A stretch of DNA of 64,000 nucleotides. Source: Camelus dromedarius. Lineage: Eukaryota. Under the pieces are notes generated by a model that worked only from the letters and a program-made list of their open reading frames with translations, ran no database searches and was not told the DNA's origin. Location: the NCBI RefSeq assembly GCF_036321535.1, contig NC_087437.1, positions 27,282,001 through 27,346,000 of the forward strand, written 5' to 3'. The translations under genes and the position numbers were made by a program. This document shows positions 1 to 10,792 of this stretch, piece after piece (the first letter of the stretch is position 1; every line of letters starts with the position of its first letter).

Positions 1-233
1 AGGCAGGCAAAATTAACAGATGCTTCCGGTAATGAACAAGGTGCAGAAAGGTTTTTCATAATGACTGCCTCCATAGAGTATAAATAGGAATGCATCCTTC
101 CCTCCCGTCTCCCCTCGCACCATCTGTTATTTGTGTCAGGCAGTCAGTAATTGCTGTATGTGACCCTTGTTGTTGGTAACAGGGACAACACTGTACATTG
201 CAGCTTTCTTTGCTTTCTCCCATCTCCTGGCAG

Positions 234-296
234 CTGTGGCTATAAGGTTTGTGTCTATCCTAAGATGGTAGATCAGGATTTCCCTGGCTCTTGAAA
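234..296 (-). other. Possible 5' exon of the neighbouring gene (MINDY4B-like)
   Basis: tttatatttag|TT TCA AGA GCC AGG GAA ATC CTG ATC TAC CAT CTT AGG ATA GAC ACA AAC gives REILIYHLRIDTN, against recalled human MINDY4B REIFSYH-RLGTN. The position and strand fit human synteny. No GT donor at the expected end. Confidence 0.3.
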
Positions 297-655
297 CTAA
301 ATATAAATAAATCACTCACCCTCCCTATTGGGAAATAAGTTATAAATAACAAGTGGAAGCAATCTTTCATCAGAGAGGCTGTGGTTACTAGGAAACGGGC
401 ACTGCAGTCAGGCTGTCTATTGTCATTATGTATCCATATGGCGTTGAGTGTAAGCTCTGGTTCTCTGTCTTTGGCCTTACAAATAGTTCTTGAGTATCCT
501 GTTCTTGCATATTAGAGTATCCTACTCTTTGGTGCGTTTCAGGTGCTAATTTGGCCTCTATCATAAACTTGCTGTGTGACTTTGGATGAATTAATTCACC
601 TCTCTGGTCCTCAGCTTAATTCTCAGTAAAAGAGATGAGAAGGCTGGGCTAGATG

Positions 656-945
656 AGGGCTTGGCAAATTGCAGCCCACAAACCAACAAATCTGGTCTGC
701 CATCTGTTTATGTATGGCCAGCAAGCTAAAAATGGTTTTTACATTTTTAAATGGTTGAAAACAAATTAAAAGAATAACACTATTTCATGGCACAAAATAT
801 TATACTCTTTCATAGTATACTTTAACAATACGTAATTATATAACATGTAATAATGTACATCATAACATTTGTGAAAGTTATACAAAGTCCAAATTTGTGT
901 CCATAAATAAAACTTTCCTGGAACATGGCCACACTTATTCGTCAG
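656..945 (+). mobile_element. hAT-Charlie DNA transposon remnant (MER58B-like)
   Basis: agggcttggcaaatt...gctaaaaatggtttttacatttttaaatggttgaaa...gtgtccataaataaaactttcctggaacatggccaca resembles the MER58B consensus. Confidence 0.7.
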
Positions 946-1369
946 ACGTACAAAGTGATTCATTCTCATCATAGTGCCTTCTCAACCTGGGAAAGAAATT
1001 CAGGCTTTAGGTGAGCCAGGCCTGGGCTGCTGCTTGGAGGAAATCTGGTACTTCCAGTAAGTCCTAATTGCTGCCCTGGCTGATGCATGACCTGAAAAGG
1101 ACTAGAAACATCTCTGCACAAGACAGGATTGGGTGCCAGACTCTGCCCCTGCCCCTGTCTGGGTCAGCCAAGGCCTGAGGACAAGGGTAATGAGCCACAT
1201 GCTTGCCCTGAGAACTGGGGCCTCCAGTGGTTCTGGGCTGAGGCCTCTGCAGGTCTGGTGGAGAGGTGGGGTGTTAGGATGTCCTTGCTGTGACAGAGAC
1301 TCCAAATAACAGTGGCTTAAACAAGTTAAAAGATCATCAGTCTGTCCCATAAAGGTCCAGGTAACCTAT

Positions 1370-1750
1370 ACACTAAAAGAGATGTATCAACTGATTGCAA
1401 TGTATGGAATTTATTTGGATCCTGCATAAAAGTTTGTGAGATGACTGGGAAAATTTAAACACTGTATGTTTGATAATAACAAAGGATGGTATTGTGATCA
1501 TGTTTTTTTAAAAGAGTTCTTATCCTAAGATATATACTAAAATATTTATAGATGAAATGATATGATGTCTGGGATTTGCCTCAAAATAAACCTCCTGGGG
1601 AGGGTTAGAAGTGGATGAGACCATATAGATGAAACAAAATTCGTCAGGAGTTAGTAGTTGAAGATCTGTAATAGGTATATAGGGGTTCATTATATTATTT
1701 TCTCTAATCATTTATATATTTGAAATTTTCTATAATAAAAAGTTAAAAAA
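1370..1750 (+). mobile_element. Old L1M (L1MC/ME-type) 3' UTR fragment
   Basis: Motifs tgcaatgtatggaatttatttggatcctg, gatgaaatgatatgatgtctgggatttgcctcaaaataa and ggggttcattatattattttctcta. Confidence 0.65.
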
Positions 1751-2204
1751 TAATGTTCATAACTAGTGATTTAAAAAATTTTTTTAAGAATTTAGTCTAT
1801 GAAAAATCTCACACAAGAGCCAAAAATATATAATTACAGTCACTGTGGCTGTGTTTTTGATAGAAAATTTTGGTAAAAAGTTTATGAGAAAAAAAATTCC
1901 TTGGAGAAGAATAATTGTGTTATAAATTGTAAGCATTTAAAAAGTTCAATTACTGGAATACAGTTTATAAGTAATTTCACTATTGATATATAATCATCTA
2001 AAATTTTGAAGTAGATAAATAAAGAAGACATAGAAATTACCACTAATTCCCTAGCCAAAATACACCAACTTTTTTTTTAACCTGCATATGAATCATGGAA
2101 ATATTTAGCATTTACCAGTGCCTACTATAATACCGCATGATGCATGGCATTTTATTATTTCTCCAATATAACTGTAATAAAATTATTTCTTGGACTTGAA
2201 AATA

Positions 2205-2580
2205 AGTCTGGGTTGGCAGTGATTGGTATGGTGGTTTCATCAAGAACCCAGGCTTTATCCATTTTGAGTCTCTGCCATCCTCATACTTGGCTTGCACCTC
2301 ATGGTCCAATATGGCTGCTTCACCTCCTGCCATTAACTCTGCATTCCAGACCATAGAAAGGGGAAAGGAATGAAGGACTTGTCCTTTAAGCACACGACAA
2401 GGAATTTGCACATGTCATTTTTGCTCATACTCCATAGGCCAGAATCATGTGGCCGCTACTTGGAAGGGAGGTTGGAAGTGTAACCCTTAGCTGGGCAAAT
2501 ATTCATTTTACTAGGAATGTTTTTACTATCTTGTAAAGGGAGAATAGCCATTGTGGGGGACAATGAATAACCTCTGCCAT
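2205..2580. mobile_element. MaLR LTR remnant (MLT1-like)
   Basis: ctctgccatcctc...catggtccaatatggctgct...ggccagaatcatgtggcc...gggaggttggaagtg resembles MLT1. The start of the element is probably at about 1290-1350, separated by the L1. Confidence 0.55.
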
Positions 2581-3754
2581 TGATACCTTATAGATATATT
2601 TATGTGCAGATTCCAGAGGTCTCCCTCTGGATCTGTTTCTTGCCTTTCTCTTTCCTTCATCTGTACTCTGGTCCCTCCTCCCATTTTCCCTGACCTCTTG
2701 TAAACAGCTTAGTTTGAAAGCACAGGTGAGCACATTCCTTCAGCTCTGGTGGCTCTCATCCAGACACCCGTCATGCGTTCCTACCCACGTAGTCACACAT
2801 ATTTGGTTTTGCAGCTCAGGACACATAGGTTTAACTCTTGCCTCTGCTACTTAGTCTTGTGACCTAGAGTACGTCAACTAAGCTTTGTAAACATCACTTT
2901 CCTCACCTGGAAGAAAGCATCATTGCATCATGTGAAAAAGTCTCTGCTTCGCCTAGTTACGTGATAACTGTGAGGACCAGAATAGTTCTGGGGAAGTGCT
3001 TGGGCTTTATAAAGGGTAAAGAGCCACCCAGCTGGGAAGTAATGCAAAGAGGAAGCCCAGGTGTGCCGCACCTTCCCTGAATCTGATCACACTGCCTTTT
3101 TCACAGAGGGGGTGCCTCGGAGCCATGCGTCTGCACATGACTCCATCTCTCTAAGTGCCTGGGAGGTATTTCGGGAGCAAGAAGGAATAGCCAGGGAAAC
3201 AGATGATAAAGCCAGGTCTTCTGCTGGTTGGCCAACCAGTCATAGCTAGTCGAATGAGGCATAGAATCTTGTCTTGAACAGGCTTGGTTGTTTATCTTGG
3301 GAATATGCATTTGGACTTGAAAATCATCTAAATGTGAGAGAATCCTGTCAGTGGTTGGAGTCTATAGGGACCCCAGTCACAAAGGCTGGGATCCTGGAGT
3401 CTTTCCTGGGTCCTGGAGCTCAGCAAGTCCTTGTATTCTGTGAGATGCTTTATTCCTTCAATAAATTCCATTTCTTTGTTTCAGTTTGTTGGAGTGGTTT
3501 CTTTTTCTTACAAGAACCTCAGCAAAGCAACTCTATTATTGGCAAATTTGGCAAAATTTAACATTTGGTGCCCTCAGCTTATAAATCTGAGCTCTTTCAC
3601 CCTCTCAGAGTGAACGGTGCGTTGTGAGTTCTTCAGTTTCCATCCTCCTTCCCAATCAAAACAGGCCACTAGAAAAGGCTCCAATAGCAATTGTTGACAC
3701 GGTAAAAAAGGTGAATTTGTAGACATGCATCTCTCCCAGGGTGACCATATACAC

Positions 3755-5237
3755 CTTAATTCTAGCTCACTGATCTGTTCTTCTGCCTCACTTAGTCTTT
3801 TCTTGGTTCCTTCTACTGTGTTATTCATTTCAGTAATTGTATTCTTCAACTCTGGGTATTCTTTATATTTTCCAACTCTTTGCTAAAAACTTCCCCCTGT
3901 GCATCCATACTCCTCTTGAGTTCTCTGAACATCTTCACCATCATTACTTTAAACTCTTTCTAAGATAAATTGCTTGTCTCCTCATCACTTGTTTCTTCTG
4001 GGATTTCATCTTGTGCCTTGGCCTGGGAGATATTCCTCTGCTGCCTGGAAGATTTTCCTCTGCTGCCTCATAGTGTCTATCTTTCTATTTGTGTTTTTAG
4101 GTAGGTTAGTTATGTTTCTCGACCTTGGAGAAGTGGCCCTCTGTGGAGACATCTTATGCGTCCCAGCAGTACACTCCTCTCTTGTCACCCAAGGGCCAGG
4201 GTCCAGCTGGTCCCAGGATAGAATCTGGCTTGTGTTTTTGGATTCCTTCCACAGGCTTTGGGATTGTTTTTTCTTATTTCTAGTATCTGCCTCTGGTGGA
4301 TGAGGCTGGACTAGAGGCTTATGCAGTTTTCTTGGCAGGAGGAGCCTGTGCCTGCCCGTGTCATTTTTGCTCACACTCCATAGGCCAGAATCATGTGGCC
4401 ACTACTTGGAAGGGAGGTTGGAAGTGTAACCCTTAGGTGGGCGAAGCTTGATCCTGCTGGGTGAAGCTTGGTCCTGCACCTCTGTTGGGTTGGGCCATGT
4501 CTAGAGGCGTTTGTGGCTCAGGAAGTCTGCTGATGGGTGGCACTGTGTTCCCACCCTGTATGTTGTTTGGCCTGAGGCTTCCCAGCACTTAAGCCTGCAA
4601 GCTGTTGGGTGGGGCTAGGTCTTGGTGCTGATGATCCATTTAAGATGTCAACCTCCAGGAAAGCTCATGTAGATAAACACTCCAGGAATGTCTGCTACCA
4701 GCTTTTTTGTCCCCTGGGTGAGCCACAGTCATCCCCTGCCTCCCTAGGAGAACTTCCAAAGCCAGCAGGCAGGTCTGGCCCAGGTTCCTAAGAAATAACT
4801 GCCTCTTCCCTTGGACCTGGAGCACGCTTCCCAAGAGAATGAGGTCTCTGTTTCCCCCAGTCCCCTGGAGGTCCTGGTGTTAAGTCCCGCTGGGCTTCAA
4901 AAGCAGATGTCTTGGGGTCTCCTTCTCTCCCCAGGGCCAGAACCCCGGGCTGGGGAGCCTGACATGGGGCTTAGAGGTCTCACTCCTGTTGGGGGGGCCT
5001 CTGCCACTTATGTATTCTTCAGCTTGTGGGTCCACTCCGGGGATATGGGGCCTGATTACATCATGTGCACGCCCCTCCACGCCTGTGGTTCCCTCTTTAT
5101 GTTTCTAGTTGCAGAAGATCTTTTTTGCTAGGTTCTAGTCCTTTTTCTTTTTGCTGGTCATTTAGCAGTCATTTGTGGTTTTGTTGTAGTCGTGAGGAGA
5201 GCTGAGCTCATGGTCCTACTGCTCTGCCATCTTGACC
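3755..5237 (-). mobile_element. LINE-1 5' fragment (5' UTR plus degenerate ORF1 N-terminal part)
   Basis: The minus strand begins GGTCAAGATGGCAGAG (L1 5' end with YY1 motif) at 5237. ORF1p-like coiled-coil peptide MKNTITEMNNTVEGTKKRLSEAEEQISELE at 3849 and below. Confidence 0.8.
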
Positions 5238-6895
5238 AAGCGTTAATTCTAATTACATAATAAAACATATTTTTTCCTAATAAAAGAATTTCATGTGTCA
5301 GAAAAGAAATGAGAGGGTGGACTTCCTGGAGAAAGGGAAGAGCTTTCAATCATGTCCACCTCCAGTTAACGCTGGCCCACACAGGGGCTACCCAGTCTGC
5401 CTGTTTGTGTGCCCACGTGTGCATTTCCACACGTGCACACATCCACACCACACTCTGTGTAGTCACGAGCAAGCTTAGCTCTACTGGATTTGAAGGCAGA
5501 AGACCTGGCTTCTCATCTGTTTCCCTGGCTATTCCTTCTTGCCTCCGAGACACCTGCCAGGCACTTGGACATCCTGCGTGGCTCCTCTGACTGCCCTCAC
5601 TGCCCCACCTCTGAGGCTCTAGCCCTGCATTCTGTCTTCTCACTCCTCACCCACTTCACAATATTTGGGTGGCTTGTATGTGGTATAATAGAAAAAAAAT
5701 TTCACCAGACACTGGTTAAAAATGGCAAGAGATTTTATTCAAGTTACTGCAGTAGGGGAGAGAGACCTCGGTATAAAACTGAACTGAACTCTGAATACAG
5801 CAAAGATGGCCTGTTCCTTACTCTGCACATTTAATCAATCATCAGACCCTGACTATTTAGCCTCCTAAACTTTTCTGCATCCTTCCGCTGCCTGAGTCTT
5901 GACTCTCATCACCTCCTGGGTGAGTTTCTGTAAAATGTCCTTGATGGTTGCCCAGTCTCTGTTCCTATCACTCCTCAACAGGCCCCAGCATGTCCTGCTG
6001 TGACGTAAATCCAACCATGCCATTTCCCTTCAGTGATCTGCTGGGAAACTCCCAGCTCACAAGATCCCCTCCCTGGGATGGGTGCTTTCTTCCTCCTGCT
6101 GCCCCCACGGAGTTGACCTCCCCAGGTCCCTGAGCGTCTCTCCACGGCCAGCCCAGAGACCTAAAACAGCATCGCATTGGCCACCTTCTGGCTCTGTGAC
6201 CTTGCTGAGCCAACAGTCCTCCTCTCCTTTAATGGGTGGAGAGGTGGCTCAGATGATACCTCAGCTGAAGGCATTGATTAGCTTGACTTGGAATCTAGAG
6301 TATTTGTAATTCAAAAGGTGCTGAAGATACAGCTTTGAACTTTCAGAGCAGGGAGCAGACTTGGAAAGCCCCCGAAGCTGCCCTGTGCAGAAGCTTACAA
6401 TTTCCAAAGTTAGCCATTTAAAAAATAAGGATATAAACCTTTTACTGCTTAAAGAAAAACGGGTAGTAATAGTATAACCGAGGAAGAAAGAGAAAGAAGA
6501 AGCCTTAGAACTAGATGAATAGGTGCACTGAGGGCTGAAATACCTGCCTGCCTTCTTTCTTGGCTCTTTGGTCTGCGTGGCAGGACCCTGTACAGAACAG
6601 ACTCGCGGGTACCCGTGATGTGGGACCACTGGGTTAGGGCAGGTCCTGGTGCCCTCTGCTCACCCCTGCACCGCCAAGGTCACGGCTCCCAGTGACGTGC
6701 CACACTGCCCGGCCCTGCCGTGCCCCCCAGGAGGCGCTGTGTTCCTCCAAATCATTCGTTGCTTTAGTCGAGAGGGACTGTAGGGATTTTTTGAGTGGAT
6801 TGTCTTTCCACCCTAAAGACAGCAGCTTTGGATCCAATCCTAAATCTACAGGTCGTGGGCTAGGACCCTTCTAGATGTATTAATAATAAGACATT

Positions 6896-7291
6896 CTAAG
6901 TGAAGTAAGCCAGAAAGAGAAAGAAAAATATCATATGATATCACTTATGTGTGGAATCTAAAAAACAAAACAAAACCAAATGAACTTATTTACAAAACAA
7001 ACAGACTCAGAGACACAGAAAAAACTTACGGTTACCAGGGGAAAGGAAGTGGAAAGAGATAAATTGGGAGTTTAAGACTTGCAGATACTGACAATTGTAT
7101 ATAAAATAGATAAACAACAAGTTTATACTGTATAGCACAGGGAACTATATTCAATATCTTATAGTTGCGTATAATGAAAAAGAATATGAAAAGGAATATC
7201 TGTATGAATATGTAGGACTGAAACATCATGCTGCACACCAGAAACTGACACAACATTGTAAACTGACTGTACTTCAACTAAAAAAAAAAAA
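6896..7291 (+). mobile_element. Young 5'-truncated L1 3' end with poly(A) tail
   Basis: ctaagtgaagtaagccaga...tatagcacagggaactatattcaatatctt...acacaacattgtaaactgactgtacttc followed by A12. Candidate TSD aagacatt at 6888-6895 and 7290-7297. Confidence 0.9.
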
Positions 7292-9816
7292 GACATTGAC
7301 CAAGAGCCAATAAGCATGACCTTTGGGGTCAGAGAAGGAACTTTTGTAGCTGGGTGCCTGAAGAGGAGAGAAGAGGGACTTGTGGCGGGAGAGAATGCCG
7401 TCACACGTGTGGCATTTGGGTCGTGCTCAGCTTGTGGGTCTGGTTTTGGGCTTTCTTGAGAGATATGTGACACCCCAGACACAAACAAGTCTAGTTGGGG
7501 GCACAGATGACAGAGTGTGCTCTTCTCCAGCCATGCCCGCCCTCTGTCATAGACTCCGTGCATTCTAGAATCCTAGGGGTGCAGAGCATCCCTGAGGACC
7601 ACTTCCTTTGCCTGGGGAAAGCAGTCTTCTCCCAGAGGCTTCGGAGGCAGGTAGGCTTGAGCTACCTTGGTGTGGGAGCTGGAATAGCAGACTTGCTCCT
7701 GAGGAGACAGGAGGACTTAGAAACTTCCAGAATGAAGTAGGAGGGACTTGGGTGAGAGGGCAGAGCAGGGAGCAATGCCTTGGTTGTCTTATTGTCAGAG
7801 GGCTGACTATTAAGAGCCATCAAGATATGGAAATTACATCTAGTATGATTGTTATTTATGTTCACCCACTGGGGATGTCTGGGGACATTTAGATTGGTTT
7901 CAGGTAAGTAGACAAATCAGGAAAAGTCAGGTGATGCCATGACATTTCAGAACTGATGAAAGCCAAAAAAAAAAGTAAAAGAGCCGGTGAGAGCAGGAGT
8001 CTGGGCTTCAACCAAGTCTCTTTCCCACTTCAACAAGCTGGTTCAACTGGAACTTGTGTATTGAGAAAATGATCTGTACTTTAGTGACAGCACAGTTTCA
8101 GTGATTTTAGGAAACTGATTTAAATTCTAAGAGCAGTGGCCAATGCTCAGTATGTCTTTCCTCCAGGGCACAAGGTTGAAGCTTAATCAATATCTTATGA
8201 GTCATTTAATTCATTCACTTCAGCCAGCATCAGCATCTGCTCTCGAGCGAAGAACTGGGAAGATGCGGCAGCGCAGTGGACCTTCTATCTCAGCATCACC
8301 ACCGCCTCCAAAATGAAGGCGGGAAAGCCCTGTTAGATTTATGGTCAGATGCAAAACAGGGAGGAGAGTCCATGCAGGATGACAGGAAGGGGACTGAGTT
8401 TTGGAACTTCAGTGAGGACGCGAAGTGCTCGGGTCTCTGGGACAGAAAGAAGTGTTGAAGATTGGCCATAGTCATTCAGCAAAGATTTACTGAGCACGTG
8501 TCAGGCATTGTTCTAGGGACCAGGGATTCGGCAGTGGACAAAACAGAACTGATTTACAGTGAAAACATTTTGAGGATTGGGTTATATTTCCTTTACATCT
8601 CTCCTTACACCCTTGTAGTCCAAGGATGATGGAAAGACTTGGATTTGTAAAATTTATATCCTACCTTGTTCAAAAAAACTTCAAGCAACTTCTAAGGTTG
8701 TATACAATGCATGAAAACATTATAAAATAGAAATAGAAACAATAGATAAATAAGTTGAAAGAATTTACAAATCATTGGAACCCAAACCCATCCAGGAATA
8801 AGGCTAGTTACTAGGACACATCCTTGAAATCCTAGACGCTGCAAGTGACCCACAGATGTGGCTTTAGGTTTTTCGGTGACTAAACTGCAGACGGGCTGGG
8901 TAGGGAGGGGATTGAGACAAATAACCACAATTCTTTGGAAGAAGAGCAGTGAATCTAATACCAGGATCAGAAGGAAATTTCTTTAAGAATCCTTCCAAAA
9001 TAGGCCGCTCTGTGGATGTGCTGGAGGACTGCGTCCCAGGCAAAAGGCTGGGAGAGCTGCCGCCTTGAATCCAGTGGCCGGGTCTCGGTGAGTTCATGGT
9101 GCATCTCCTGCAACAACTCGGGGCAGGCGTGCCCAGAGTCATCCCTACCGTTCTCTTCAGCAGACCTTAAACCCACGGAAAAGTGTGGCTATTGATCCTG
9201 CATGTGTTTCATGAGATAAAGAAGTTTAATGTGATTCACAGACTTGCTGGAAAGAAGGCAGGAGGGAGATAAGAAGGTTTGATATGAGCTTCTTGCAGAG
9301 AAATGTAAACACGGTCAGCAATCTCTGCTCAGGCCATTTTGCTCACCCAGCTTTTTATATACGTGTGGGTTTGGCCAAAGGTGTAATGTGATGTGGGTGA
9401 GGAGGGCCAGAGAAAGGACAGAAATAGTCTATCACGTTAAAATAGAAAGAATAAATCGAGAAATGAAACCGATTTGCCTATTCTGTAGAAATCATCTAGA
9501 GTGGCTTTTTTTTTTTAAAGGAAGTACTTTCTGTTCAGTCAACTGGGATATCTATGAATGAGATAGAGAAGAAGTTAAGCCATGTCTCCATGTCTTTCTC
9601 TCAATGTGTCTCAAAGTCTTTCTCCCTCTGATTTTAGAAAACAATAAAATAGGTAAGAAATTGCAAAGGAAATTTCATCAGTCATTACAAGGCAAGAAAT
9701 GATGCTAAAAGATCCCTCAGGGTGAAGATTAATGTATGGGGTACAAAATCACCTAACCAACCATGATAGGTCATTTTGGGGTAACTGCCAAACTCACATC
9801 CTCCTCTGGGAGACCT

Positions 9817-9860
9817 CACACACACACACACGCGCACACACACACACACACACACACACA
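9817..9860. repeat. (CA)n microsatellite with CGCG interruption
   Basis: Read directly from the sequence. Confidence 0.95.
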
Positions 9861-10236
9861 TATTTGTCCTCTGTACCCTGCCCCTCCCTGCAGTTGTGAC
9901 TCATCCTGACTTCAAGTTTGTGGAGCAAAGGATGGGCACCTGATCAAGGGCATCTGATGCAGAGGCTGGGCTGCATCATTCTAGTATTTGTAATCTCTCT
10001 CTCTCTTTCTCCCCCATCTCTCCATCCCTCCTGTACCACACTGTGCGCCCCCCACCCCCCACGCAGCCTCTCTCATTGGCCCTGGATCTTGGGGATAATG
10101 TAGATCCTTTAGATAATGTAGAGCTGGAGTTTTCTCCCTCATGCTGTGAGAAAACAAAGAAATCTAGTGTGCAGAGAGAGAGGAAAATGAATTAGAGGCA
10201 TAGGGAGAAACAGGAGCCAGAGGCATGTGGCCTTAG

Positions 10237-10273
10237 ACACACACACGCGCACACACACACACACACACACACA
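10237..10273. repeat. (AC)n microsatellite with CGCG interruption
   Basis: Read directly from the sequence. Confidence 0.95.
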
Positions 10274-10739
10274 GAGGAGAGGGTAGGAGAGAAGGGAGGG
10301 GAAGGGCAACCTTGGCGTTGCAGGCTTTCCACCTGATCCACCTCTCCCTGGGGCCCGAGTGCACGTGCCGCCCTGCCCTCGTGCACTCATGTGATGGAGG
10401 CAAAGGTGTGTCTTTCACGTGGCTCTCTCTCTCTCTCCCCCCTCCCTGTCTCCACCAGGCATTCTTGTTCTCACTCTCTTGCTCTTGGCTTAAGATGTCT
10501 TAAGTGGGGTTTTGTTTCTCATGTTAAATGCTCCCTGACCCAGATATTAAGTAAAATTAGGAAGATTTCTTTCCTTTGAGAAAAAGAGTAGAGGATTGAT
10601 ATGGCATGAATATGTTTTATGTTTTTATATATTTATATATTTTAAAGAGGAAATAGCATATTGGCAGAAGTGGGCGGGCTGCTATGAAGTTTGCTAAAAT
10701 GTGAAAAAAAATACGAAGCCAAGAGCTCCCAGTTTCATG

Positions 10740-10742
<3 letters not shown>

Positions 10743-10791
<49 letters not shown>
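10743..10791. repeat. (GT)24 microsatellite
   Basis: Read directly from the sequence; a perfect tract. Confidence 0.97.

Positions 10792-10792
<1 letters not shown>

Noticed and set aside
3574..4374. ORFs with coiled-coil character
   Set aside because: Fragmented L1 ORF1 and 5' UTR remnants, not a host gene.
6256..9165. Exon-like segments on the minus strand (about 6256-6382 and 8930-9164) with AG/GT boundaries
   Set aside because: The first has stops in all frames and the second has no recognisable homology; neither can be supported without transcripts.
10540..10579. Peptide ...SKIRKISFL resembling recalled MINDY4B SRKISFL
   Set aside because: Wrong strand for MINDY4B, followed immediately by a stop, and too short to exceed chance.
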